Origin: an uncultured bacterium
Lineage (GTDB): Bacteria; Fermentibacterota; Fermentibacteria; Fermentibacterales; Fermentibacteraceae
NCBI GenBank assembly: GCA_964603785.1
Contig: CAZRWD010000009.1
Span: 18,082 to 82,081, forward strand
Reading direction: 5' to 3'
Length of the DNA stretch: 64,000 nucleotides
A program made the position numbers and the translations under genes. Positions 50,847 to 61,425 of this stretch are shown piece by piece (within the stretch, counting starts at the first letter, position 1; each line of letters opens with the position of its first letter). The notes under the pieces were generated by a model that ran no database searches, was not told the origin of the DNA, and was given only the letters and a program-made list of their open reading frames with translations.

Positions 50847-51037
50847 TTCAACCTCCGGTCAGGAGTTCAGGCAGGCAATGAATAGGCCGGACTCCTCACC
50901 GCGTCAACATCCGGACCGTTCTCCCGGGATCGTGCCCCGCGCCGGGGGGCCCGGGCCGTTGACACGGATGAGCGGGCCTGTTCATCATGCCCGGGCACCC
51001 CGGTCCCGCCGGGGTTCCCGGATGGAGGGGTCCTGCC

Positions 51038-51724
51038 TTGAGAACCGGCTGCGAGGGGCACAGGGGCCGGCTGAGAGAGCGCTACATGCGTGCGGGCCTC
51101 CGCGGCTTCGACGATCGCGAGATCATCGAGCTGCTCCTCGGCTACGCCGTCCCGAGGAGGGACCAGAGGGAGACCTCCTTCCGCCTGATGGAGGCCTTCG
51201 GCAGCCTCCACGGCGTGATATCCCAGCCGGTGGCCATGCTCGAGAAGGTCGAGGGGGTCGGCGGCGCCTCGGCCGTCCTGCTCTCTCTGGTCTCCCAGGT
51301 CACCGCCCGCGCCCTCGGGCCGGAGAGGGGCGCGGTCGTGCTGGACAGCGCGGCCTCGGTCAGGGAGTACCTGAGGCAGAGGCTTGGTACGCAGAGGAGG
51401 GAGCGCCTCGTGGCGCTGCTGCTCGACTCGGGCGGCCGCCTCCTGGCGGAGAAGGATCTCGAGCTGGGGACCGTCGACCGAGCCTCGGTGCACCCCAGGA
51501 ACCTCGTGGAGCAGGTGATAGCCCACAACGCGACCTCGGTGATCCTCGTCCACAACCACCCCGGCGGGAGGCTCGAGGCCAGCAGGGAGGACAGGGCGCT
51601 GACCGCTCGGCTCGAGGACCTCGGCCGCAGCCTGGGCTTCAGGATACTCGACCACTTCATAGTGACCGACGGCGGCGTGCTGAGCCTGCGCGAGCTCGAC
51701 TCGGGCGCCGCGGGGCGGCCGTGA
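51038..51724 (+). CDS. radC: RadC-family JAB-domain protein
   Basis: N-terminal Hh[39 protein letters not shown] motif HNHPGG. TTG start preferred (SD GGAGGGG 8 nt upstream) over the table ATG at 50987. Confidence 0.78.
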   Translation: MRTGCEGHRGRLRERYMRAGLRGFDDREIIELLLGYAVPRRDQRETSFRLMEAFGSLHGVISQPVAMLEKVEGVGGASAVLLSLVSQVTARALGPERGAVVLDSAASVREYLRQRLGTQRRERLVALLLDSGGRLLAEKDLELGTVDRASVHPRNLVEQVIAHNATSVILVHNHPGGRLEASREDRALTARLEDLGRSLGFRILDHFIVTDGGVLSLRELDSGAAGRP

Positions 51725-52407
51725 CTGCTGTTCTTCTGGCTGCGGCGATGCACCTCGCCGCGCCCTCCCAGCCCTTCTATGCCACGGACGGAGCGGGGGT
51801 GCGCAGGGTGAGCCTCTCCCCCGAGGTCGACCTCGAGGTCATAGGAGCCGACTCCTCGTGGTCGTCGGGGGAGATCAGCCTGTCCTACTCGGTGGAAGGC
51901 CTCCGGCTGATCTCCAGGCACGGGGCCGACACCCTGGCCTGGGTCTCGACGACCCCCGCCGAGGCCATCGCATCGGCGCTCTCGGCCGGCGCCGTCCGCT
52001 CCCACGAGAGCAGGACGCTGAGGATACTCGCCTGCACCATGAGCTACGTGGGGGGAGTGGTCGAGGTCGACGCCTCCCGCGACGGCAGGACCACGATGGA
52101 CTACGAGGCCTTCAGGAGCTGGCTCATCGACGGCACCCCGCTGGATGTGGAGTCGGTCGTCCAGACCGACTCGCTCTTCCAGGCCAGGCTGCGCTCGGCC
52201 CTGGGCGTTCCGGAGGGTGCGAGGATTGAGGCCTGGCTGTGGACCGACGGCCACTGGCTGGATCCGCAGAGCTTCCTGATCTGGCGGAGCGGCGACGAGG
52301 CGGTGCTGGTCCTGGGCCTGCCGGCCTGGAGGGGCGGCGAGGCCATGAAGGTCGTGCAGCTGGACCTGGACAGCCTGAACACCGCCCACGGAGCGATGCT
52401 GGACTAG
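51721..52407 (+). CDS. Hypothetical secreted protein (228 aa)
   Basis: GTG start overlaps the radC TGA (GTGA), giving MTAVLLAAAMHLAAPS (signal-like). GC3-biased C-terminal part of table ORF 50587..52407. Confidence 0.5.
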   Translation: MTAVLLAAAMHLAAPSQPFYATDGAGVRRVSLSPEVDLEVIGADSSWSSGEISLSYSVEGLRLISRHGADTLAWVSTTPAEAIASALSAGAVRSHESRTLRILACTMSYVGGVVEVDASRDGRTTMDYEAFRSWLIDGTPLDVESVVQTDSLFQARLRSALGVPEGARIEAWLWTDGHWLDPQSFLIWRSGDEAVLVLGLPAWRGGEAMKVVQLDLDSLNTAHGAMLD

Positions 52408-52931
52408 CTCCCCCCGCCTGCCCCCGCGTACTCGAAGAGCCCGCCCGCGAGGTAGATGTCCTTCGCGACCCCGCTCATCGGCCTTCCCTGCCGCGAGCCG
52501 GCGGCCCCGGTGACCAGACCGGTCTCCAGTTCGACGATCACGCTCTCGTGGTGCCGGAAGAAGCCGTCCGGCAGGCCGGGGAGCTCGACGACCGGCAGGG
52601 CGCTGTTCACGGCGTTCCGCCTGTAGATGGCCCCGAAGGAGCGCGCGAGGATCGCCTGGACGCCCAGGGCCTTGAAGCAGTCGACCGCGTGCTGCCTCGA
52701 GCTCCCGGAGCCGAAGTTGTCTCCCGCCAGCACGATGTCGCCGGGTCTCGCCTCCCGCGCGAAACCCTCGTAGCCCGCGAGGTTGCCGAAGGCGTACTGC
52801 CCCATCGCCGAGACGTCGGTCACCGCGAGGTGGGCGTTGTGGTAGATCATGTCGGTGTCGATGTCGGAGACGAGGCTCCCGTCCCGCCGGAGCACCCAGA
52901 GGCGCCCCTCCAGCCTGAGTGACGCTCCCAC
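52404..52931 (-). CDS. Aconitase-family small subunit (3-isopropylmalate/homoaconitate dehydratase LeuD-like, short type)
   Basis: GDNFGSGSSRQHA and VIARSFGAIY-like motifs. At 175 aa it is typical of the short LeuD/HACN small-subunit type. Confidence 0.78.
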   Translation of the reverse strand: MGASLRLEGRLWVLRRDGSLVSDIDTDMIYHNAHLAVTDVSAMGQYAFGNLAGYEGFAREARPGDIVLAGDNFGSGSSRQHAVDCFKALGVQAILARSFGAIYRRNAVNSALPVVELPGLPDGFFRHHESVIVELETGLVTGAAGSRQGRPMSGVAKDIYLAGGLFEYAGAGGGS

Positions 52932-52933
52932 GG

Positions 52934-54181
52934 CTATACCCCCTCGAGTTCGCCGACGCCGGCTATGCGTCCGAGCACGGCGGAGGCCACCGCCGTGCCG
53001 ATCCCTGCCAGGTAGGTGTCCCCGCCGCCCTGCTTGCCGGGGAAGTTCCGGTTCGAGGTGCTGACCTGGATCTCACCCCTGCCGGTCATCCCGATCTGAC
53101 CGGAGGCGCATCCGCCGCACCCCGGGTTGCTTATTATCCCGCCGGCCTCGAAGATCGTCCTGATGAGGCCCTCCTCCATCATGACCCGCCAGACCTCCCT
53201 GGTGGCCGGCACCACCTTGAGCATGACCCCGGGGGCTGCGTGACGGCCCTCGAGAAGGCGCGCCGCCAGCCTCATGTCCTCGATGGTGCCGTTGGTGCAG
53301 CTCCCTATGAAGACGCCGTCGACCCGCACGTCCGAGTACTGATCGACGGGGTGGACGTTGTTGGGGTTGGGCGGCGCGGCGACCAGTGGCTCGAGCCCCT
53401 CGACGGACAGGGTGAACTCGCTCTCGTAGACGGCGTCCGGATCGGCATAGACGGCCTCCTCCGCGCTCATCCCGAAGAAGTCCAGGACCTGGCGGCCGGG
53501 GGGCAGGAGGATCGTGACCGCGCCCATCTCCGTGGCCAGGCTGGCCAGGGTGATGCAGTCGGAGAGCCCGGCCTGCTCCACCCATGCCCCCGTTACCTCG
53601 ACCGACTTCCCGAGCAGCTCGTGATGGTTGAACCTGCCGAGCATGGCGAGCGCCACGTCCTTGGCCTCGCTGCCGGGGGCGGGCATCCCCTCGAGGGTCA
53701 CCTTCACGGAGGGAGGCACCTCGAACCAGACCTTCCCCGAGACGAAGGAGAAGGCTATGTCGACGTCGCCCATGCCCTGCCCGAAGGCTCCGACCGCGCC
53801 CATGATGTTCAGGTGGCTGTCGGTGCCGACCGTGGTCGACCCGGGGGTGGCGAGGCGCTTCTCGATCACCACATGCGAGCCGATCCCGGCGTCCACGTCG
53901 TACACCCTCAGGTCGTGTCTCCTCGCGAACTCCCTTATGACCTGCTGGTTGTTCGCGTAGGGGATCGTGTTGGCTGGCGCGTTGCAGTCGAACGTGAAGA
54001 AGGTCTTCGAGGCGTCGGCAACGGGCCTGTCCCCTCCGTGCCTCTCCAGGTTCGCCACGACGCTGGCTCCCGCGAAGTCGCGGGCGGTCCTGTTGTCTAT
54101 GCCTATCCAGACCTCGTCGCCGGGACGGCAGTCACCGCCTCCGTGGGCTCCCAGGATCTTCTCGATCATTGTCCGGCCCAT
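52934..54181 (-). CDS. Aconitase-family large subunit (3-isopropylmalate/homoaconitate dehydratase LeuC-like, short type)
   Basis: VGTDSHLNIMG, GSCTNG, NPGCGGCASG (the 4Fe-4S ligand cysteines). 415 aa. ATGA overlap with the small subunit. Confidence 0.85.
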   Translation of the reverse strand: MGRTMIEKILGAHGGGDCRPGDEVWIGIDNRTARDFAGASVVANLERHGGDRPVADASKTFFTFDCNAPANTIPYANNQQVIREFARRHDLRVYDVDAGIGSHVVIEKRLATPGSTTVGTDSHLNIMGAVGAFGQGMGDVDIAFSFVSGKVWFEVPPSVKVTLEGMPAPGSEAKDVALAMLGRFNHHELLGKSVEVTGAWVEQAGLSDCITLASLATEMGAVTILLPPGRQVLDFFGMSAEEAVYADPDAVYESEFTLSVEGLEPLVAAPPNPNNVHPVDQYSDVRVDGVFIGSCTNGTIEDMRLAARLLEGRHAAPGVMLKVVPATREVWRVMMEEGLIRTIFEAGGIISNPGCGGCASGQIGMTGRGEIQVSTSNRNFPGKQGGGDTYLAGIGTAVASAVLGRIAGVGELEGV

Positions 54182-54938
54182 CTCTGCCTCCAGTATGTGT
54201 CATCCGTGTGCCACTGCCCCCTGGGGTCGCGCCCGAGGGCGATCGATCTCGTGAACACGTCCGGCACGCCCGCCGAACGGCAGTCGGCCTCGTAGCCTTC
54301 GAAGTCGTAATCCAGCCGCACCCACGCAGGGCACGGCCCGCCCTTCCTCGACGGCTCCAGTATCATCGCCGTGCCCGCGGCAGGAAGAGTGCCGCCGCCC
54401 ACGCTGCCCGGATTCAGTATCCAGCCGGCCGGCCTGCGCACCAGCGCGGGGGAGTGCGTATGCCCCACCACCAGCACGTTGCACGAGTTCCTCTGCAGAA
54501 GGATGTCGAAGAGCTCGTCGGCGCCGGACCCCGGGAGGGACCCGGCGACGACCCCGGGAAGCCCGTGGGTGAAGAGGATCTTCAGTCCGTCGAACTCGAA
54601 TCGGATCTCGTCGGGGAGGTCCCTCAGCCAGGCCCTCGACCTGCTGTCGAGCATCCCGCGGGTTCGGACGAGGTGCTCGGCGGCAAGGTCCTCCCAGTAG
54701 GTGTTGACGAAGGCGTCGCCGGTGGCCTTCCTCCCCCTCGCCACGGCCCTGTCGCAGTTGCCCTGGATCGAGGACATCTCCGTCTCCATGGCCAGGCGGA
54801 CGCACTCCCCCGGCGAGGGGCCGTACTGCACCAGGTCACCCAGGTTCACCAGCTGGTCGACGCCCTCCCGTTCGAACAGCTCGAGCGCGGCCCTCATCGC
54901 GGGCAGGTTGGCATGGATGTCCGAGAGAACGCCTATCC

Positions 54939-54942
<4 letters not shown>
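54166..54942 (-). CDS. Calcineurin-like metallophosphoesterase (YfcE-like)
   Basis: TTG start overlaps the upstream TGA (TTGA), giving MRIGVLSDIHANLPAM. Motifs GDLVQYG, GNCD and VVGHTHS. Confidence 0.75.
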
Positions 54943-56105
<1,163 letters not shown>

Positions 56106-56107
56106 CG

Positions 56108-56872
56108 TCAGAAGTTCAGGCGGTCGCCCCGCATGAGGAGCACCGCGCCGTCGCTGAACTGCCTCGACAGGTCGCGGTCGATCTCCTGCCTGAACCAGGG
56201 CTTGAGGTGGAATGCGTAGATGGGCACGCCGGGCCTGTCCAGCTTCCTCATCTCCCTCTTGAGGAGGTTCGGGGTGAGGTGGTCGCTCGATATGGCCAGG
56301 TCCTCCAGCTTGTCGGGGAAGGAGACCTCCGCCACGACGGCGCGCAGGTCCTCCATCTGCGACGCCCTCGCCCAGAGCTCGTCGGTGGGGCCGGTGTCGC
56401 CGGTGTAGACCAGGCTGCCCGAGCCCGAGGAGAAGACGAAGCCCCTGGCGCCCGCCCCGTGGTTGACGGGTACCGGCAGCGCCCGGAACCCGCCCGGCAG
56501 GTCCAGCCATTCGAAGTCGACGAGCTCCTCGTAGATGATGGCCGGGCCGTGGCTGGTCCTTATCCGGCTGAAGTCGGGCCATACCAGGTCGTTCATGTAG
56601 TGGGTCCGCACCGCGTCGATGCAGGCCGGGCTGGCGATCACCCGGAGCGGCGAGTTGCGCAGGCTCGCGGCGGCGTCGGCCAGGAAGCCCAGCTCGAGGA
56701 TGTGGTCGAGGTGGGCGTGCGTGAGGAGGAGGACCTCTATCCCGCGCTGCTCGTCGTCCCGCAGCCCAGCGGCCGACCCGGCGTCCAGGAGCACGGACTG
56801 GCCGAGGCGCATCGACACGAGGTTGCTCCCGGCATGCTTGCCGCCGTCGGCGCCGAGGACGTCTATGAACAT
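56108..56872 (-). CDS. MBL-fold metallo-hydrolase (class II cyclic-nucleotide phosphodiesterase-like)
   Basis: LLLTHAHLDHILELGF, then VNHGAGARGFVF...GDTGPT. Start MFIDVLGADGG at aa 382 of the table ORF. Confidence 0.65.
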   Translation of the reverse strand: MFIDVLGADGGKHAGSNLVSMRLGQSVLLDAGSAAGLRDDEQRGIEVLLLTHAHLDHILELGFLADAAASLRNSPLRVIASPACIDAVRTHYMNDLVWPDFSRIRTSHGPAIIYEELVDFEWLDLPGGFRALPVPVNHGAGARGFVFSSGSGSLVYTGDTGPTDELWARASQMEDLRAVVAEVSFPDKLEDLAISSDHLTPNLLKREMRKLDRPGVPIYAFHLKPWFRQEIDRDLSRQFSDGAVLLMRGDRLNF

Positions 56873-58029
56873 GCCCCAGCCTCCGTTCCGGGACCACGCC
56901 CGGCATCGACAACCGCCCTCGGCAGGAGAGGGCTTATCCTGGTGACGATCTCGTAGTTGATGGTACCCGCCCACGAGGCCATTGTTTCCGCGGAGACGGT
57001 CTCCGCACCGCTCCCGCCCAGCAGGGTGACCTCCTCCTCCAGGACGGGATCGGGGATGTCGGTGAGGTCTATCATGGTCAGGTTCATGCAGACTCGGCCG
57101 ACGATCGGCGCACGCCTGCCCCTCACGAGCACGAAGGCCGTGTTGCCGAGACCCCTGTCGAGACCGTCGGAGTAGCCGACGGGCAGGACCCCGATGAGGC
57201 TGCGCCTGGTGGTCCGGTATGTGCACCCGTAGCCGATGTAGCTGCCCTCGGGCATGTCCTTGACCTGGACGACGCGGGTCTTCCAGGAGAGCACCGGGCG
57301 CAGGTCGGGCACGCGGCCGCCTCCGGAGACCGCCGAGAGGTAGGTCTCCCGCGAGGGCCAGAGGCCGTAGAGCCCGATGCCGGTTCGGACCATGTCGAAC
57401 ACGGTCTCCCTGAACAGTATGCAGGCCGCGGTGCATGCCGTGTGGACGACGGGCGGCCGGTCGGGGCCCAGCGCGTCCAGCACCCGGCCGAAGATCTCGA
57501 GCTGCATCTCGGCGTACGAGTGGTTCAGCGTGTCCTCGATGTTGGCGAAGTGCGTGGAGAGGCCCTCGACCTCCACTCCGGGGATCTCCCTGGCCCGTCT
57601 GACGAGGGCCAGCGCCCCGGCGGGCTGGATGCCCTGCCGGCCGGTACCGGTCTCGACCTTGATGTGGATCCTCGCGGGCCTGGACGCCGAGGCGGCCGAC
57701 TCCAGGGCGGCGACCGTCTCCGGATTGTAGACCGTGAGCCTGAAGCCGCCGTCCAGGGCCTCGCCCAGCCTGCAAAGCGGAACGTGCCCCAGTATCAGGA
57801 CGGGCCTGGTGACACCGAGGGAGCGGAGCTCGACGGCCTCCTCGAGGGAGTTGACCGCGAACCAGTCGGCGGAGGGCAGAAGGGGGACGATCTCGCGGAC
57901 TCCGTGGCCGTATGCGTTGCCCTTGACCACCGCGCACATGAGCGCCTTCCCGCCGGCGGCCGTCCGCAGCTCCCGGAGGTTGCGGTCCGGCGCCTCCCTG
58001 TCGATTTCGACCCATACGAGGCTGCTCAT
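56863..58029 (-). CDS. alr: Alanine racemase
   Basis: AVVKGNAYGHG (PLP lysine region), the YGLWP-type motif, the C-terminal VCMNLTMID and GTINYEI. Confidence 0.85.
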   Translation of the reverse strand: MSSLVWVEIDREAPDRNLRELRTAAGGKALMCAVVKGNAYGHGVREIVPLLPSADWFAVNSLEEAVELRSLGVTRPVLILGHVPLCRLGEALDGGFRLTVYNPETVAALESAASASRPARIHIKVETGTGRQGIQPAGALALVRRAREIPGVEVEGLSTHFANIEDTLNHSYAEMQLEIFGRVLDALGPDRPPVVHTACTAACILFRETVFDMVRTGIGLYGLWPSRETYLSAVSGGGRVPDLRPVLSWKTRVVQVKDMPEGSYIGYGCTYRTTRRSLIGVLPVGYSDGLDRGLGNTAFVLVRGRRAPIVGRVCMNLTMIDLTDIPDPVLEEEVTLLGGSGAETVSAETMASWAGTINYEIVTRISPLLPRAVVDAGRGPGTEAGACS

Positions 58030-58083
58030 GACGAAAGCATAAGGACGCCCCCCTCTCGCAACAATCCCCGTCGGGGTTCCGTC

Positions 58084-58097
58084 GGGGTCAGGCTACT
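58084..58097. repeat. Copy 1 of 14-nt motif GGGGTCAGGCTACT (minus-strand sense AGTAGCCTGACCCC), ~55 nt upstream of alr
   Basis: Exact 14-mer seen three times in the window. This copy sits within a larger imperfect match including CTGCAATAG. Confidence 0.7.
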
Positions 58098-58137
58098 CAA
58101 GGCGCAATCCCTTCTATTGCAGCAAGGTGCAATTTCC

Positions 58138-58151
58138 GGGGTCAGGCTACT
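58138..58151. repeat. Copy 2 of 14-nt motif GGGGTCAGGCTACT
   Basis: Exact repeat 54 nt downstream of copy 1, preceded by CCGG as in copy 1 (GTCGGGG context). Confidence 0.7.
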
Positions 58152-58351
58152 TTGTGCGTAACACACCGGTCGCAGCTGATCCGCGTCCGTATCCAACAGC
58201 AGCGCAATTGCATGGCAGGATGCTGACCGTCCGCGACGTCGGCCGGCAGACTCTTCCGTCGCGATCGGCCTGCGGGGGCATGCGCAGTGTCGTCCTTGAC
58301 TGTTCGCTGCGATGCAGATATCTCCCTTTCATGTGGACGAAGGGGGGCGTC

Positions 58352-58978
58352 ATGAGACTTGTGGTCCTTCTCGCTTTCGCGACGGTCTTCGCATCGACGG
58401 CTTCTGCCGACGGGCTGCGCCTCGACAGGCCGGTCACCGTCGATTCTCCCGATCTGGTTCTCCAGTACGACGACGGAAGCGCCTACTGGCTCACATGGAC
58501 CGGGCTGTACAAGGGGGTCTGGTTCAACATCGACGACTTCGGCCAGGGGCTCATGTGGGTGGCCGAACAGAGCCAGCTCTGGTTCTATCACCACCCGAGC
58601 TACTCCTGGGACACGTCATCCTTCTACTGCGAGCTGTACAACGGCGACCAGTCCGGTCCGGTCCCGGTCAGCCTGATGGATCAGACCTCGATGGCCGCCA
58701 TACACTACCAGCCGGTGTACACCTACCACTGGCCGGCACCCCAGTGCGGCCCCGACTTCTGGATAGTCGTGAACTCGGAGATGTCCTCCGGCGGGTGGCC
58801 GTCGCTGCTAAGCGACGGATCGACGAGACCCGTCGCGCACAGCTTCCACAGCGACGACTTCGAGGTCTGGGAGCCCTGGTTGTCGGCCACCCAGAAGTGC
58901 GACTACATGATACGCTCCACCGGGTGGCAGACCGCCCTGGAGAGCGCGACCTGGGGTTCGATAAAGGCCATCTTCTGA
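58352..58978 (+). CDS. Secreted Trp/Tyr-rich hypothetical protein (208 aa)
   Basis: ATG with SD AAGGGGGG at a 4-nt spacing. Signal peptide MRLVVLLAFATVFASTASA. GC3-biased. The upstream 75 aa of the table ORF cross a lower-GC intergenic region. Confidence 0.55.
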   Translation: MRLVVLLAFATVFASTASADGLRLDRPVTVDSPDLVLQYDDGSAYWLTWTGLYKGVWFNIDDFGQGLMWVAEQSQLWFYHHPSYSWDTSSFYCELYNGDQSGPVPVSLMDQTSMAAIHYQPVYTYHWPAPQCGPDFWIVVNSEMSSGGWPSLLSDGSTRPVAHSFHSDDFEVWEPWLSATQKCDYMIRSTGWQTALESATWGSIKAIF

Positions 58979-59163
58979 AACGGGGCAGGCTGCTCGGCTC
59001 GTAAACGACTGATCTGCAGCAATCTGACAGAATCGTATCAAGACTGCTCGAATGCAGCCCGACTGGTCGTATCTACCCGGGGCACCTGCAAGCCTTTCGC
59101 CGATGGACGAGGAGCCTGACACCGCCCTTTTCAAGCCATTGCTGATCAGGCATCTGCAATAGC

Positions 59164-59177
59164 AGTAGCCTGACCCC
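59164..59177. repeat. Copy 3 of the 14-nt motif, here AGTAGCCTGACCCC on the plus strand, ~40 nt upstream of the DUF362 gene ATG
   Basis: Reverse complement of copies 1 and 2, preceded by CTGCAATAGC as in the minus-strand reading of copy 1. Confidence 0.7.
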
Positions 59178-59216
59178 CTCCACTTGCCTTATGAATACCT
59201 CCTCACGGAGGTGGCC

Positions 59217-60302
59217 ATGTCCACAGTGTTCCTGAAGAGGATGGAGCCTGGCGGGGGGACGGGCGACCTCACCCCCCTCCTCGGGCGGTTCGCGGGATCG
59301 GTCGCCGCCAGCCCCACCGACCTCGTCGCGGTCAAGATCCATGCGGGCGAGGCGGGGAACACGAGATTCATACCGCCGTCCGGCATCAACGAGGTGGTCA
59401 GGGCGCTGGAGCTCCCCGGGGGGAGTACGTTCCTCACCGACACCACTGTGCTGTACCGCGGACGCCGGCTCACCGCTCCGGCATACCTGCAGCTGGCCCA
59501 CGAGCACGGGTTCGGCCTGCCCTCGACCCCGCCCTTCATAGTGGCGGACGGGCTGCGCGGCACGGACGAGACTGCGGTGAAGCTTCCCTCCTGCTGCGAC
59601 GGGCCGTCGGCCAGGATCGCCAGCCTCATCTGCGAGGCCGACTCGATGGTGGTGGTGAGCCACTTCAAGGGGCACCTCCTGGCGGGGTTCGGCGGCGCGA
59701 TCAAGAACATCGGCATGGGCTGCGCCTCCCGCGGGGGCAAGCTCTACATGCACTCCTCGGTCAAGCCTGCGGTCCGCGAGGCGAAGTGCACGGCATGCGG
59801 CACATGCGTCGAGCACTGCCCCGTGGGGGCCATCACGGTCCGATCGAAGGCGGTCATCGGCGACTCGCGGTGCGTGGGATGCGGAGAGTGCATACAGCGG
59901 TGCCCCTTCGGGGCGATAGGCGTGAACTGGAACCAGGAGCGCGGAGTGTTCACGACACGACTGGCGGAGTATGCGGTGGCGGTGGCCTCGGTCACGCGAA
60001 TCCCCGTCTATGTGAACTTCCTCGTGAACATCGCCGGGGACTGCGACTGCCTGGCGGACTCGGGCGGGCTGCTGGTCCCGGACATCGGGGTCGTGGCTTC
60101 CACCGACCCGGTGGCCGTCGACCAGGCCTCGCTCGACCTGGTGACCTCGGCGGCGGCGGGGACGGGGTCGCCCGTAGCCGGCGCGGGGCCCGGCGTGGAC
60201 AAGTTCAGGGCGCTGCGGAAGGACATCGACGGCTCGGAGGTGCTCGAGACCGCCCAGTCCTTCGGCCTCGGCTCCCGCCGATACCTCCTTGAGGAAGTCT
60301 AG
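59217..60302 (+). CDS. DUF362-domain protein with central 2x[4Fe-4S] ferredoxin domain
   Basis: CTACGTCVEHCPVGAI and CVGCGECIQRCPFGAI (two CxxCxxCxxxCP motifs), flanked by DUF362-like N- and C-terminal regions (VKIHAGEAGN..., VNFLVNIAGDCDC). ATG 59217 with SD GGAGGTG. Confidence 0.75.
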   Translation: MSTVFLKRMEPGGGTGDLTPLLGRFAGSVAASPTDLVAVKIHAGEAGNTRFIPPSGINEVVRALELPGGSTFLTDTTVLYRGRRLTAPAYLQLAHEHGFGLPSTPPFIVADGLRGTDETAVKLPSCCDGPSARIASLICEADSMVVVSHFKGHLLAGFGGAIKNIGMGCASRGGKLYMHSSVKPAVREAKCTACGTCVEHCPVGAITVRSKAVIGDSRCVGCGECIQRCPFGAIGVNWNQERGVFTTRLAEYAVAVASVTRIPVYVNFLVNIAGDCDCLADSGGLLVPDIGVVASTDPVAVDQASLDLVTSAAAGTGSPVAGAGPGVDKFRALRKDIDGSEVLETAQSFGLGSRRYLLEEV

Positions 60303-60313
60303 TCCGGGGTCAC

Positions 60314-60357
60314 AGTCAGAAAAGACAGAAAAGACAGAAAACGGTGACGACCGGTCC
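60314..60357. repeat. 44-bp A-rich direct repeat, copy 1: AGTCAGAAAAGACAGAAAAGACAGAAAACGGTGACGACCGGTCC
   Basis: Perfect 44/44 identity with 61424-61467. Begins 11 nt after the DUF362 gene stop. Contains an internal tandem AGAAAAGAC x2.5 and a small hairpin CGGTgacgACCG. Confidence 0.9.
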
Positions 60358-60594
60358 TGACCCGGGGGCCCCGCAGTACGAAGCCCATGCCCCGAACGAC
60401 CTGCTCACGAGAGGTGCGCCCTCGACACCTCGCACCCCCCAGGGAGGTGTGATAGACCACCTCCCGTAACCAGCCTGTCTACATCCGCCTGCCCCCCGGC
60501 CTCCCCGATGTCGCCGTCGACCGCCGTCCCCGATTTCCTTCCCACTTGGCATTGTTGTATCATGCCGCAACATTCTCCAGCGGAGGTTTAATGA

Positions 60595-61425
60595 ATGACA
60601 TGCCTTGCGGTCCTGATGGCTCTCTCGCAGGTGATGACGGACAAGGGGCAGGCGGCCTACTTCTACGGGGAGTTCGAGGAGGGGATCGCGGTCGTCTGGT
60701 GCGAGGCCGCTCTCCTGTCCGGCCCCGTGGAGGATGCTGACACCGTGGAACTCGTCACTCCAGGCACGATGGTGGAGATCTGCGGCCCCCCCGACGGTTC
60801 GCTGATCAGGAACGGTGCTGGCACCGAGTGGTACCCGGTGGTGACGGACAGGCATCAGGGCTACCTCGCCGGCATCGAGCTGGCGATGGCCTTCACAACC
60901 CTGGACGACGGGACCGTCCTCGCATGTGCCCTGACCGACCGCTCCGGGAAGGTCTACCCGGTGTTCCACGGCGCCGTGATCGCGCTCGACGGGCACGGGG
61001 GAGTCCTCGACTCCGTGCCGGTCGACATGCCCCACATGCTCGACGAGATACCGCCGGAGGGCGTGTACGGATACTGCGCTGCATTCGAGGAGGCCGACAC
61101 CGAAGGTCTCGAAGGCATCCCCCTCGGGGCGATGCTCGCCTTCGACTACGGCGCCTGCGGCTATGCGAACACCGACCAGCTCGTCGGGTGGGACGGGGAG
61201 AGGCTCGTTCCAGGCCCGAAGGTCGCAATGGTAGTCGAGGCCGGCGTCTTCCACTGGACCCAGACCATGGTCCTGCCCTCGGACGAGGGTGGGCGTCCCA
61301 ACGAGGTGCTGGTGGTCGAGGTCAGCGAGGAGTTCTCGGAGGATGACATGGCCTACTACGAGACCGCCCGCGACACCACAGTGGTCTTCTGGGATGGAGA
61401 GGACTTCTCCGGCCCGGACTCGTAG
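60595..61425 (+). CDS. Hypothetical acidic protein (276 aa)
   Basis: ATG with SD GGAGG 8 nt upstream. Good GC3 bias. No family recognised. Flanked by the two 44-bp repeat copies. Confidence 0.55.
   Translation: MTCLAVLMALSQVMTDKGQAAYFYGEFEEGIAVVWCEAALLSGPVEDADTVELVTPGTMVEICGPPDGSLIRNGAGTEWYPVVTDRHQGYLAGIELAMAFTTLDDGTVLACALTDRSGKVYPVFHGAVIALDGHGGVLDSVPVDMPHMLDEIPPEGVYGYCAAFEEADTEGLEGIPLGAMLAFDYGACGYANTDQLVGWDGERLVPGPKVAMVVEAGVFHWTQTMVLPSDEGGRPNEVLVVEVSEEFSEDDMAYYETARDTTVVFWDGEDFSGPDS

Noticed and set aside
59140-59180. Sigma-54 type promoter (TGGCAC-N5-TTGCA) near CTGCAATAGCAGTAGCC
   Set aside because: The spacing and -24 element do not fit: it reads GGCATctgcaATAGC, not GG-N10-GC with TTGCA at -12.
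60314-60357. Hfq (A-R-N)n binding tract in the A-rich 44-bp repeat
   Set aside because: The triplet phase is broken by GAC/CAG in every frame, so it is not a clean ARN repeat. I kept it only as an A-rich element of unknown function.
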